Source: an uncultured Chthonomonas sp. (GTDB lineage Bacteria; Armatimonadota; Fimbriimonadia; Fimbriimonadales; Fimbriimonadaceae). Taken from it: a DNA stretch of 64,000 nucleotides. This document shows, piece after piece, positions 8,500-18,267 of the stretch. A program made the translations under genes and the position numbers. The notes under the pieces are model-generated. The model saw nothing but the letters and a program-made list of their open reading frames with translations. It had not been told where the DNA came from and searched no databases. Within the stretch, counting starts at the first letter, position 1. Each line of letters opens with the position of its first letter. The stretch is from positions 3,146 through 67,145 of the forward strand of contig CAZBXR010000002.1 in NCBI GenBank assembly GCA_964496145.1, in the 5' to 3' direction.

Positions 8500-11351
8500 T
8501 CGGTTTTACCGCCCCGCAGTGGTTGTTCCTCTTGATTCCGGTGGTCGTCGGGCTCTTGCTCAGCTTTCGGTCGGTCGGGGGCATGCGAAAGGGCAGGAAG
8601 ATTGCCGCGTTTGTCATACGCGGTCTGGTGGCCACTCTGCTCATCGTCGCTTTGGCCGGACCCCAGTGGAGAATTCAAAACTCCGGTATCTGCACGATTT
8701 TCGTGCTCGACCGTTCGGATAGTATCCCCAGTGCGGCTCAAGAGAAGCAACGAGAGTTTGTGCAAAAGGCGATCTCGCTTCTGCCAAACGAGGATGAGGC
8801 CGGAATCGTTGTTTTTGGCAAAGAGCCGCAGATCGAGATCTCCTCGTCAAAATCTCCTCGATTTGTCCGTGTGACCAGCAAGCTCTCTGGCTCGGGGTCC
8901 GATATCGCGGCTGCGATTCGTCTTGCCTTGGCCGCTTTTCCAGAGGGCAAGGGGAAGAGGATTGTGCTCGTTTCAGATGGAAACGAGACTCTCGGAGATG
9001 CGAAAGAGGCGGCCTACATGGCGGCGGCCGAGGGGGCCCGTTTGGATACGGTGATGGTCGGACCCGAAGGTGACTACCGAGAAGCCACGATCGGTGGCCT
9101 CACGGTCCCGAGCGAGACTCGCGCCGATCAGCCGATTGAACCCGTGGTCGAAGTGAACGCCAACTCCCCGATGCGAGCCACGATCCAACTCGACCGAGAT
9201 GGAATCACGGTGGGTACGAAGACGGTCGACCTGACCGAAGGCGCGAACCGAATTCCGTTCGAGGATCGGCTTGCGAACCCCGGCACATTTCGGTACCGAG
9301 CCACTTTAACCAGTACGTCCGACGGGGATCAACGAAACAACCTCGGTGTAGGCTACGTCCGCGTGCTCGGTCGTCCCAAGGTGCTCCTCATCCAAGGAGA
9401 AGCCGCTGATCTCTCCTTGGCCAATGCCTTGCGGTTGCAAGGTGTCGAGACCGATGTTGTCACCGGCTTCCAGTTGCCGACGCGTATCGAGCAGGTGCAG
9501 TCTTATGCCGCAATCTTGTTGAACAACATTAACGCGGAGCGAGTGTTGCCAAAGCAGATGGATTTGCTGCGCACTGTCGCCCGAGACGCGGGAATTGGGT
9601 TTGGAATGATTGGTGGGGAAGATTCCTTCCTCCCTGGTGGTTGGTTCGGGACGTCCGTGGCCGAAGTCCTTCCAATCGACATGAATGTTCGCCAGCGAAA
9701 GACTTTCCCGAGCACGGCCATTGCAATCGTGGCCGACATGTCGGGCTCCATGTCCATGGAAGAAGACGGCATCCCGAAGTACATGCTCGCCATCGAGGCC
9801 GCGAAGAAGACGATTGACCTTCTCTCTCCCCTCGATCGTGTGGGGGTCGCGGGAAGTACCGACATGATCGAATGGGTGGCCCCGATTCAGCGGCTCACCA
9901 ATAAAGACGATGTCAAGCGACAAGTAGAACAACTTGGACCGGGCGGAGGAGGCATCTATATCGAGCCTTCGCTCGAATTCGCGGACAAAAACCTTTCCCG
10001 CGAAGAAACAAAGATTCGTCACCTCATCTTGTTGGCCGATGGCGCAGATTGTGATACATGGGGCGATTCGATGACGAAGGTCGCGGACATGCGAAAGCGA
10101 AAGATCACGACTTCGGTGGTTGCGATCGGAAAAGGGCAGTACCTAGGACAACTGCAGAATCTGGCGAAACTGGGCGGTGGAAACTACTATCTGGCCGAAA
10201 GGGCCAGTCAACTCCCGGCCATCTTCACGCAAGATGCGGCCCTCATGTCACGCTCCGCAATCGAAGAATTCGCTTTCATCCCCAAGGTGGCCTTTGGCGA
10301 TGAGATGACCCGAGGATTGACCGAGAATCTGCCTCCGCTTCTTGGATACTGCCTCGTGGATTCGAAGCCTCTTTCTCGCGTTAGCATGCGCTCGACGAAG
10401 GACGATCCATTGCTCGTGACTGGGCAGTACGGCCTCGCCACCACTTTTGCCTTTATGAGCGATGCCAAGTCTCAGTGGGCCCAAAAGTGGGTTCCTTGGC
10501 AGGGTTTCGGGCCGTTTTGGGCGCAGGTCGCCCGGACGATTGCGACCAAGGTCTCGGACAACCGATTCCAAATTTCTACCACGCAGCAAAATGGGTTAGG
10601 GAAGGTCCAGGTCTTGGCGACCAACGCAAACGGGGTGAGCCTGAATGGTGCCGGTCTCCAGGTGCAGGTTGGGCTCCCCAATGGCGAAAGTGCTCAGATT
10701 CCGTTACGCCAGACCGCCCCGGGGATGTACGAGACCGAGTTCGACGCATCGGAGCAGGGGTCCTATGTCGTTTCCGTCGTCGAGAAGGGTGAGGGTAGGG
10801 ACATTGTCACGTCCTCCGGCTTCTCGGTCGCCTATCCTCCTGAGTATCGCTCGGTGCGTCCGAATCCCGAGTTTTTGGGGCGACTGGCCGATACCGGCGG
10901 CGGAAAGCTGGTGAGCCAGCCTGAAAACGTGATTCGTCCACTCGAAAACAAGGGGCGAACAATCAAGGACATCTGGGCATGGTTTGTGGGAATCGCGGCC
11001 TGGCTGTTCCTCGTGGATATCTCGGTTCGCCGGCTCATGGTGACGTGGTCCGATCTCTTTGGCCTCCTCAAGCGGAAGAAAACTTCGCGCGGGACTTCAA
11101 CCCGGGCGGTCCGCCTCGAACAATTGGGCGCCGCGAAAACGAAGCGGGCCCCGAAAAAAGACCCCGCCACTTCGAACCCGGGGCCAATCCTCACCGAAAC
11201 GAGGCAGCCGATTCAGGTTCCACCGCCTGTCGAAAGTGCTCCTCAGCCTAGTCAAGAGAAATCAGACGTTTCAATGCCGTCGCAAGACCCTTCGACAACA
11301 GCGGGTCGGTTGCTAGCGGCTAAGCGAAAGCGACACGACCAAAAAGAGTAG
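8496..11351 (+). CDS. large membrane protein with two VWA domains (BatB-like)
   Basis: The chosen ATG at 8496 overlaps the upstream stop (ATGA). It has an N-terminal double transmembrane segment, DxSxS motifs FVLDRSDS and IVADMSGSMS, a late transmembrane segment and a Pro-rich basic tail. Confidence 0.8.
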   Translation: MIGFTAPQWLFLLIPVVVGLLLSFRSVGGMRKGRKIAAFVIRGLVATLLIVALAGPQWRIQNSGICTIFVLDRSDSIPSAAQEKQREFVQKAISLLPNEDEAGIVVFGKEPQIEISSSKSPRFVRVTSKLSGSGSDIAAAIRLALAAFPEGKGKRIVLVSDGNETLGDAKEAAYMAAAEGARLDTVMVGPEGDYREATIGGLTVPSETRADQPIEPVVEVNANSPMRATIQLDRDGITVGTKTVDLTEGANRIPFEDRLANPGTFRYRATLTSTSDGDQRNNLGVGYVRVLGRPKVLLIQGEAADLSLANALRLQGVETDVVTGFQLPTRIEQVQSYAAILLNNINAERVLPKQMDLLRTVARDAGIGFGMIGGEDSFLPGGWFGTSVAEVLPIDMNVRQRKTFPSTAIAIVADMSGSMSMEEDGIPKYMLAIEAAKKTIDLLSPLDRVGVAGSTDMIEWVAPIQRLTNKDDVKRQVEQLGPGGGGIYIEPSLEFADKNLSREETKIRHLILLADGADCDTWGDSMTKVADMRKRKITTSVVAIGKGQYLGQLQNLAKLGGGNYYLAERASQLPAIFTQDAALMSRSAIEEFAFIPKVAFGDEMTRGLTENLPPLLGYCLVDSKPLSRVSMRSTKDDPLLVTGQYGLATTFAFMSDAKSQWAQKWVPWQGFGPFWAQVARTIATKVSDNRFQISTTQQNGLGKVQVLATNANGVSLNGAGLQVQVGLPNGESAQIPLRQTAPGMYETEFDASEQGSYVVSVVEKGEGRDIVTSSGFSVAYPPEYRSVRPNPEFLGRLADTGGGKLVSQPENVIRPLENKGRTIKDIWAWFVGIAAWLFLVDISVRRLMVTWSDLFGLLKRKKTSRGTSTRAVRLEQLGAAKTKRAPKKDPATSNPGPILTETRQPIQVPPPVESAPQPSQEKSDVSMPSQDPSTTAGRLLAAKRKRHDQKE

Positions 11352-11369
11352 CTAGTCAATTCGTGACCC

Positions 11370-11951
11370 CTACTTCTTCGCGAGGTTTCTCAGTATCTCG
11401 CTACCTAAGGCAATCGTAAACAAGTACGTAGTTACGGAAGCGAGAGAGACCATGCAAAAAGCAAAGTACCTTCCGAGATTGCTCCACCACTTGGCGGATG
11501 GTTCTGTCCCCTTGCAGTATGAGTGAGCAATACCTAACACCAACCCAAGCGGCATCAGCATAACAACTCCTCCGTTGTCGGATACAAACCTGTAAAGGAC
11601 AGCAAAGACAGAAACCCACGGAGACGCCCAGAATGCGGCGGAGAAGACAGCGTCTGTTGGGGATACTGGTTTCTTCCAGAAGATCGCAAGGAGTGAGTGA
11701 AAGGCTATGAATGGGAACAGAATGAGGAAACAAAGCACAGTCGCTCCAAGTGCTCCATCAATAATTGCCGTGACGGTGTCCTTTGAGTAATCCCCGCCTG
11801 TCAACATAGCTACGAGAATCATGATGACGGAGCAAGTTAGTGATTCATTCGCCTTTTTTGATGCATCGCCTTGTCCATCATCTCCTTGCAGGGGCCCTCC
11901 AACCAGGCCCTCTAACCAAGAGATCACATGAGATAGGGGAGCAAATTTCAC
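11370..11951 (-). CDS. hypothetical polytopic membrane protein
   Basis: This 193-aa ORF has about five hydrophobic segments. Its start overlaps the stop of the upstream gene by 4 nt, and it has lower GC than its surroundings. Confidence 0.55.
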   Translation of the reverse strand: MKFAPLSHVISWLEGLVGGPLQGDDGQGDASKKANESLTCSVIMILVAMLTGGDYSKDTVTAIIDGALGATVLCFLILFPFIAFHSLLAIFWKKPVSPTDAVFSAAFWASPWVSVFAVLYRFVSDNGGVVMLMPLGLVLGIAHSYCKGTEPSAKWWSNLGRYFAFCMVSLASVTTYLFTIALGSEILRNLAKK

Positions 11952-12850
11952 GATGTGTACGCGCTTGCCAGAGACTCGGCTAAGGACGCAACGCTCTTGC
12001 CCGATCTGTACCGTGGCTTAAAAAACATTGTGCGAAGCTGACTCTTCAGTTTTTTGACTCGGTCATCTCGCGTACCTAAGGAAAAGGCAAGCACAACAAA
12101 TGCGAAAATAGCGAGTACGGTCACCAGCGGTGGCGTGCCGTCGGTCTGCGCGAGGATTCGCTTGCGTACTTCATGGTATCCGGGCCGACTCATCGCGATG
12201 AGGCTGGTACTTGCAATCACGTCAGGAAAACTAGAAAGGGACTCAAAGGTCTCAGCAACGATCAACAGCGTCTGAAGCTTCTCCTCAATGTCAATTTGAG
12301 ATTGGATCGGACCGGATCCCTCGACGTGTTTTCGGAGCATTATTGCAATCTCAGCATACTGTTTCGCTGCCATTTCGGTCCCTGCATCCGAACGAATCTG
12401 GTCTAGCTGAATGGAGACACTCCGGATAAATGAAACATGATTAGCCATGAATTTCAGCGCCAACCCCTTTGCGCCAGCAGCTTCCGAAAGTCGCTCTCGA
12501 ACGTCCTTCAGCGCCGCGCGCGTGGAATGGATCTGTTCACCCGCGCCCCTGAGGGCATTCGATAGCATCGTAACATCTTTGCTTTCAAGGATTCCCGGGG
12601 GAACGACTTCGAGTGAGTTAATCGTATTCGAGAGACTTTCAATGGTGGCGTCAAGAAGTCTTGCTGGCTTCTCAAAGACCTCCGCCCCAAGAGTTGATAA
12701 CAACGTAACCGTGAGTGAGTCCGCAGCGGCCGCGATGACTTCGTTGTCGGCTGGGACCCACTCTTCTGGCCGCATTTCGTCCAGGAAGAACCCGACCGAA
12801 GCTAAAGCTGGAAGCCCGGTAATCAACTGCCTTCGAGATAGATTTGTCAT
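11948..12850 (-). CDS. hypothetical protein with a Tat-like N-terminus and a C-terminal transmembrane anchor
   Basis: This 300-aa ORF starts MTNLSRRQLITGLPALASVGFFL, has a helical central region and a hydrophobic segment PPLVTVLAIFAFVVLAFSL near the C-terminus. Confidence 0.55.
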   Translation of the reverse strand: MTNLSRRQLITGLPALASVGFFLDEMRPEEWVPADNEVIAAAADSLTVTLLSTLGAEVFEKPARLLDATIESLSNTINSLEVVPPGILESKDVTMLSNALRGAGEQIHSTRAALKDVRERLSEAAGAKGLALKFMANHVSFIRSVSIQLDQIRSDAGTEMAAKQYAEIAIMLRKHVEGSGPIQSQIDIEEKLQTLLIVAETFESLSSFPDVIASTSLIAMSRPGYHEVRKRILAQTDGTPPLVTVLAIFAFVVLAFSLGTRDDRVKKLKSQLRTMFFKPRYRSGKSVASLAESLASAYTS

Positions 12851-13207
12851 TGCACAATATTACACTCATCTCGCGTATGGAAAGTCCAGGTGTCTTCGCC
12901 TGAACATTCCAGAAGGTTGCCCGACTAGACATTTTTGGATGAGATCACGGCGCCGATCTCGGTCACAATTCCCTATCTTCAGGGAACCACCGGGTGCCTC
13001 CCAAACCCGACCGCAGACGCAGTGTGCTCCCGGTCATTGGTGAGTTGTAGCGAAGACCAAGCGTTGAGGTTGTCTGTCAAAGGATTACTCAGCATGAGCC
13101 TCGATTGTCTACAAATGTGTTGTGTGCCCTATCATGTCGGATGTAAGAGAAGAAGAACAGGCCAAGACGATGAATATGCGGCAGGCATTCATGTACACTG
13201 ATAGGCC

Positions 13208-13582
13208 GTGGGATTTCTGAAGAATCGGTCCTTGTGGACATTCCGAAAAGACATTGTCGCTACGATCCTCGTAGCGATTCTCACGTTTACGAGCGGGACG
13301 GCGTTCTTGCCCAAGACCCCGCGTGGCATTCAATGCCCAAACCATGTCTCTTGCGAGGTTCACTCCAAGAAGTTCCACCAGTGCGAGTGCGCCGAGCGAG
13401 CGTCTTCGGGCGCGACTCAGAAATCAGGACTCAGCCTTACGGCGGAATTTCCGATCCCTGTCGACTTTTCCGCGCTGGGGCCTAGGATTGAGCGCGACTG
13501 GAGTGTGATGGAGATTCGAGAGGAGATGCCTACCCTCCGAAATCCTAGTCCTGCGACTCCGCCTCCCGATCTGGCTTCGTAG
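13208..13582 (+). CDS. hypothetical small membrane protein with a Cys/His cluster
   Basis: The start is GTG. There is one hydrophobic segment (IVATILVAILTFTSGTAFL) followed by CPNHVSCEVHSKKFHQCEC. Third-position GC looks coding-like on a hand count. No family was recognised. Confidence 0.35.
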   Translation: MGFLKNRSLWTFRKDIVATILVAILTFTSGTAFLPKTPRGIQCPNHVSCEVHSKKFHQCECAERASSGATQKSGLSLTAEFPIPVDFSALGPRIERDWSVMEIREEMPTLRNPSPATPPPDLAS

Positions 13583-13641
13583 TTCGTCCCTGTTTCGGGC
13601 CGCGTTGCGCCTGAAGCCCTTTCTAGTTGGAGGAAACGAAC

Positions 13642-14382
13642 ATGAAGCGAGACAACCCCATGCCCACGCGAATGTGGCTTGGCATCGCGACTTTGGGTGC
13701 AGTAGCTGTTCTTGCCTACACTTTTGTGGCGGGAAAAAAGCCGCTTGCCCAAGCGGGAGAACTTGACCCCAATCTAGGGGTGGAAGACGAGAAGGCGCTC
13801 TCTGAATTGGTCCTGCGTGAGCAGAAAAACCATCCGGCCACCCCGGAGATGAAAGAAGCCGCGAATTCCCTGGAAGGGAAGCCTGCCCCTGCCTTTGATC
13901 TCTTGGGGATCAAGGGAGAGAGACATACGCAAGCGAGTCTCACAACCGGAAAGCCGCTCCTCATCTTCTTCGTCGAAAAGGAGTGCCCGTGTTGCCTCGG
14001 TGCCAAATATTACGTCGAGCGCATCGACGAGATGTATGAGGGCAAGATGAATACGGTCGCGATCATCAACGCCGACAAAAAGGTGGCAGAGGCTTGGGCC
14101 CACGTCACAAAGGCGAACTTCGACGTACTGATGGATCCTGCTCAGAAGGTGATTCGAGCCTACGGGGCCGAACGGGGCGTGTACACCACGCTCGTCGGAC
14201 CAGGCGGAAAAATCGAAAAAGCATACGCGGGTTATTCACTCGATATGCTGAAGGACCTCTCTTCAAGGATTGCAAAACTTGCCAACATCCCGGAGCCAAA
14301 ATTTGCCATGAGCAAGGCTCCCACGACTCTCACGTCAGGATGCACATTTCCTGAACCAGACCCATCTACAACAAATCCATGA
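13642..14382 (+). CDS. membrane-anchored thioredoxin-fold (redoxin/TlpA-like) protein, CPCC active site
   Basis: GGAGGA lies 7 nt upstream of the ATG at 13642. It has an N-terminal anchor and shows KPAPAFDL...FFVEKECPCCLG. Confidence 0.8.
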   Translation: MKRDNPMPTRMWLGIATLGAVAVLAYTFVAGKKPLAQAGELDPNLGVEDEKALSELVLREQKNHPATPEMKEAANSLEGKPAPAFDLLGIKGERHTQASLTTGKPLLIFFVEKECPCCLGAKYYVERIDEMYEGKMNTVAIINADKKVAEAWAHVTKANFDVLMDPAQKVIRAYGAERGVYTTLVGPGGKIEKAYAGYSLDMLKDLSSRIAKLANIPEPKFAMSKAPTTLTSGCTFPEPDPSTTNP

Positions 14383-14927
14383 AAACTCTTACAACTTTCA
14401 CTCTCGCTGCTATCGTGCTTGCCGGCACCGCCATCGCGGAAGAGCCCTGCAAGTGTAAACCGCTGCCTTCCTTTAAGTTGGCCGCGACAAACGGAAAGAC
14501 CTACACCCAATCGGACATGACAAAGAAGGCCACCGTCGTGGTTTTCCTGAAGGCTGGTTGCCCTCACAATCCTAAGGCTGTTAGTGACCTGAACCGGCTC
14601 ATGACAGATCTGACTTCAAAGGTCTGGGTCGTGGGCGTGGTCGATCTCGACGCCAAGGCCGCGAAGAAGTACGCCAGCGAACTGAAGGTCAAGTTCCCTC
14701 TCATCGCCGATGCAAACAAGAAGGTCGTGAACGGTTTTGGCGCCAAGCGAAGCCTGGATATGGCGATTGTCTGCTCTCACGATAAGAAGGTCGCTCAAGT
14801 CTGGGAAGGCTACAACCAAGCAAGTCTGAAGGAACTCGTCGTCTCACTTCCTGGGCACGGCGGACCTACGCTCAAGATGGATTACTCCAAGTATCCAAAG
14901 AGCCTCGTCTCTGGTTGCGGATTCTAA
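14379..14927 (+). CDS. secreted thioredoxin-fold paralogue with a degenerate CPHN motif
   Basis: It has an ATGA overlap with the previous gene and a signal peptide. The sequence KPLPSFKL...VFLKAGCPHNPK is alignable to the upstream gene. Confidence 0.75.
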   Translation: MKTLTTFTLAAIVLAGTAIAEEPCKCKPLPSFKLAATNGKTYTQSDMTKKATVVVFLKAGCPHNPKAVSDLNRLMTDLTSKVWVVGVVDLDAKAAKKYASELKVKFPLIADANKKVVNGFGAKRSLDMAIVCSHDKKVAQVWEGYNQASLKELVVSLPGHGGPTLKMDYSKYPKSLVSGCGF

Positions 14928-14948
14928 ACAAGAGTCGAACCTAGCTTT

Positions 14949-14983
14949 CGCCCGTGCACTCTAGGGTGCACGGGCGTTTTTCT
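14949..14983 (+). terminator. rho-independent terminator after the redoxin pair
   Basis: CGCCCGTGCAC-TCTAGG-GTGCACGGGCG forms a perfect 11-bp stem and is followed by TTTTTCT. Confidence 0.8.
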
Positions 14984-15106
14984 TGTGGTGGAAACCCCTG
15001 CCGGAGTTTGAGGGTATGAATTCTGTGTGGTCCTTCAGCAACCATCTCCTCCGTCCCGAGTTGGAAAGAAGGGTTTGTGTTTCGGCAGACCCCGGAAGTC
15101 TAGTCC

Positions 15107-15430
15107 ATGGGAGGATCGATGAACATTGATGTTGGCATAGCTGTTTGGGCTGTCCTCGCCACGGCGGTTTTTCTGCGTATGGTTGTTGCCGAACCAAGGT
15201 TCACAAACGCCCGCAAACGAGGTTGCGTCCTCGGTGTCGTCGTGATGTTCGCCTCTTTCTGTCATCCGGCAACATATGGGATCGGAATTCTCCTTTCCAT
15301 TTTTCTCTCCGTGATTTTCGTACACCTCACCACGTTAGGGGAGCGCCCCATTCATGATGAGCTCATCAGAGAGTTCGAGAAGAAGGAACTGGAAAAGTCT
15401 AGGATCGCTTCGCGCAATCCAATCCCGTGA
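15107..15430 (+). CDS. hypothetical small membrane protein
   Basis: This 107-aa ORF has three hydrophobic segments. An alternative ATG lies at 15119, after GGAGGA. Confidence 0.5.
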   Translation: MGGSMNIDVGIAVWAVLATAVFLRMVVAEPRFTNARKRGCVLGVVVMFASFCHPATYGIGILLSIFLSVIFVHLTTLGERPIHDELIREFEKKELEKSRIASRNPIP

Positions 15431-15436
15431 CACAAA

Positions 15437-15835
15437 ATGAATCATCGACGTCAATTCAGACTCTCTAGGCGATTCACACTCGGGATGTACACCCTAGGGC
15501 TGGCAGGTTTTCTCGTGTATCTATTGGCGGCCTTGATCGGGTTGTCGGGCTTGCATCCAGTTCCGGGGATCAATGCCGAAGGCCTAAAGAAGGGTGATTC
15601 CGTGACGATTGGCAGAGAGCTCTACAAAGTGATCCGTGCCGAAAGGTGCGGATTTGGTTGGTGCGATGAAAAGGTCTACGTCCGGACGGCCACGAAGACG
15701 GTTGAGCTCGGAGTAACCCTGCGCCGATCCACCCTCCTCTTTTGCAGTGCAGGCACCCTCTTCGGTTTGATCCTTTCTCTTCGAGGTCTTGGGAAAAGTC
15801 GTGATGTCATAGCCGGCGAAAGCCTTCGCAGATAA
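15437..15835 (+). CDS. hypothetical membrane protein
   Basis: This 132-aa ORF starts 6 nt after the previous gene and has N- and C-terminal hydrophobic segments. Confidence 0.5.
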   Translation: MNHRRQFRLSRRFTLGMYTLGLAGFLVYLLAALIGLSGLHPVPGINAEGLKKGDSVTIGRELYKVIRAERCGFGWCDEKVYVRTATKTVELGVTLRRSTLLFCSAGTLFGLILSLRGLGKSRDVIAGESLRR

Positions 15836-15919
15836 ATGCGTGAGCGGTTGTCACATTCGTTCAAGAGTCCTGCGATATAAGTCAAGACCTGATGAAATTG
15901 CGCGCTCGCGCGGGTCGGA

Positions 15920-16591
15920 ATGACAATGAACAAATTCTCTGCTCTCGTCGGAATCGTTTTCCTTGCCAGTATCTCCTCGGCTCAAATCGTGCGGTACGAC
16001 AACACGACCACCGCATTCACTGCCGCCGTAGCAAGCAATAATCTGAATGAAGTCTGGGGAGACATGCTCACGCTCTCCGGTCCCGGCCTGCTGAGCAAAC
16101 ACACCTTTGGAATTTGGAATTCTGCGCAAAGCGGGAATACTGGAAACATCGTCGCGGGAACCTTTACGATCAAGTTTTATGACAACACGGTCCCGTTTGT
16201 GTCGGGTCCCATCACGAATCCCCTACTGGGATCTTACACATTACCGGTGAATTTTGGCTCCACTCCGGTGTTGCCAGGGTCATTCCAACTCGTGACGGCC
16301 ACGGGACTCGCCTCGCTCAACATCAATCTCCCCACCAACATCTTGATCACTCAAAGCTTTCAGCAGACCGTTGGATCAAGCATCCGGTATGGGGTGGCGA
16401 GCGGCTCGAATCCCACGACTGGATCAAGCAACAACGCGTTTTTAACAACGCTTAGCCTGAACGGGTTCATCAGCCAGTCGGGAAACTCGGGGAACCTCTA
16501 CTACAAGGTAGAAGTTGTCCCAGAGCCGACTTCGTTGGCGGCTCTAGCACTGGGTGGTTTATGGGTTGCAAGACGAAAGCGGAACCGTTAG
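15920..16591 (+). CDS. PEP-CTERM sorting-domain secreted protein
   Basis: It has a signal peptide and the C-terminus reads [24 protein letters not shown]. Confidence 0.8.
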   Translation: MTMNKFSALVGIVFLASISSAQIVRYDNTTTAFTAAVASNNLNEVWGDMLTLSGPGLLSKHTFGIWNSAQSGNTGNIVAGTFTIKFYDNTVPFVSGPITNPLLGSYTLPVNFGSTPVLPGSFQLVTATGLASLNINLPTNILITQSFQQTVGSSIRYGVASGSNPTTGSSNNAFLTTLSLNGFISQSGNSGNLYYKVEVVPEPTSLAALALGGLWVARRKRNR

Positions 16592-18267
16592 TGAGTGACC
16601 GCGCCTAGGTGGGCAGAAGAGACTGTTTTGGCGTAACGCCTGAGCGCACCTCCCGGGGCCACCACCTCGGGAGGCGTCCAGTTCGCTTTTCGGCGGAGAA
16701 GTTCGGCGGGGTCGATCTGAAAATCAAGACGGAATGACTCGGCATCGACCGTGATTTGATCCCCATCTTCGACGAAGGCAATAGGACCCCCGTCCACCGC
16801 TTCGGGGCACACGTGCCCCACCATCAGACCTTTCGTCGCGCCGCTAAACCGGCCGTCTGTGAGTAGAGCCACGGAATCGCCCAGACCTTGACCCACGAGA
16901 GCGGCGGTGACTCCGAGCATTTCGCGCATCCCGGGCCCTCCCTTGGGCCCTTCGTAGCGAATGACGAGTACCTCGCCTTGTTGAATGGACTTCGCTTGGA
17001 CAGCCGCCATTGCTTCTTCTTCAGAATCAAAAACCCGGGCAGGACCCGTGTGAGCGAGCTTTTTCACCCCTGCCGTTTTCACGACTCCACCATTTGGTGC
17101 AAGATTGCCGTAAACCGCGACCAACCCTCCGGTTGGGTGCAACGGCTGGTCGACGCCTCGGACCACCTGACCGAGAGGCGGCATGGGAACATCCGCCAAG
17201 CACTCCGCCATCGTCTTGCCCGTGACCGTAAGGCAGTCTCCGTGCAGCAGGCCAGCCTCCACGAGAACCTTGAGCACCGCAGGCACGCCCCCGGCGGCGT
17301 GGAGATCAGTCATCACATATTGACCGCCTGGTCGTAGATCTCCGATAAGCGGCGTGTCTTGACTGATCGCGTGAATCTCTTCCAAGGTGATCGAGAGACC
17401 CAACTCGTGGGCGATCGCCGGCAGGTGGAGCGCAATGTTCGTGCTTCCCCCGGTGGCAACCGCCACGCGCACCGCGTTCTCCAACGAACGCCTCGTGATA
17501 ATCTGAGAAGGCCGAATTCCAGTTCGAACGGCATGGAGAACCGCCCGACTAACCATTTGGTGCACAGAGCTTCGCTCGCCCGAATCGTCCTCCGCCGGAG
17601 GGCTGGAGGACCCCGGAACGGCCATGCCCAGCGCCTCGGCGACACACGCCATCGTGTTCGCCGTGTACTGACCTCCGCAGGCTCCCGCTCCCGGGCAAAC
17701 CGCGCACTCGACAGCCTTCAGTTCGTCGGCATCGATCCGACCTGCTGAATAGGCCCCCGCCGCCTCGAATGCGTCTTGGATCGTCACGTCTTTGTCCCGA
17801 TGCCGCCCCGGCTTGATCGTGCCCCCGTACAGAAACACGCTAGGAACGTCCAGCCGCGCCATCGCCATGAGCATTCCGGGGAGACTCTTGTCGCACCCGG
17901 CGATCCCCACCAGCGCGTCATAGCAGTGAGCTCTCATCATGAGCTCGACCGAATCCGCGATCACCTCCCGGCTCACGAGAGAGGCTTTCATTCCCTCGTG
18001 ACCCATGGCGATGCCGTCGCTGACGCTGATCGTGTTGAACCGGCGGGCCGTGCCCCCGTCCTGCATCACGAGTTCAGCGATTCGCGCCGCCTGCGTGTCG
18101 AGGTTCACGTTGCAAGGAGTTGCCTCGCTCCAAACACTCGCCACCCCCACCCAGGGCTGGGCCATGTGCTGGTCTCCCAGCCCCATGGCGCGCAGCATGG
18201 CCCGGTTGGCCGTTTTATCAACCCCTTCCGTGATCGTCCGCGATTTGTGTCTGGGGTCCCACGTCAT
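16588..18267 (-). CDS. ilvD: dihydroxy-acid dehydratase
   Basis: This is a full-length 559-aa IlvD-like sequence with [11 protein letters not shown] and [11 protein letters not shown]. Confidence 0.95.
   Translation of the reverse strand: MTWDPRHKSRTITEGVDKTANRAMLRAMGLGDQHMAQPWVGVASVWSEATPCNVNLDTQAARIAELVMQDGGTARRFNTISVSDGIAMGHEGMKASLVSREVIADSVELMMRAHCYDALVGIAGCDKSLPGMLMAMARLDVPSVFLYGGTIKPGRHRDKDVTIQDAFEAAGAYSAGRIDADELKAVECAVCPGAGACGGQYTANTMACVAEALGMAVPGSSSPPAEDDSGERSSVHQMVSRAVLHAVRTGIRPSQIITRRSLENAVRVAVATGGSTNIALHLPAIAHELGLSITLEEIHAISQDTPLIGDLRPGGQYVMTDLHAAGGVPAVLKVLVEAGLLHGDCLTVTGKTMAECLADVPMPPLGQVVRGVDQPLHPTGGLVAVYGNLAPNGGVVKTAGVKKLAHTGPARVFDSEEEAMAAVQAKSIQQGEVLVIRYEGPKGGPGMREMLGVTAALVGQGLGDSVALLTDGRFSGATKGLMVGHVCPEAVDGGPIAFVEDGDQITVDAESFRLDFQIDPAELLRRKANWTPPEVVAPGGALRRYAKTVSSAHLGAVTH

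Noticed and set aside
12935-13378. Short ORFs in the gene-poor region (12935-13201 plus strand, 13109-13378 minus strand) were considered as possible transposase remnants.
   Set aside because: No DDE or recombinase motif or terminal inverted repeats could be recognised by eye. The ORFs overlap one another. The region is left as unresolved pending BLASTX.
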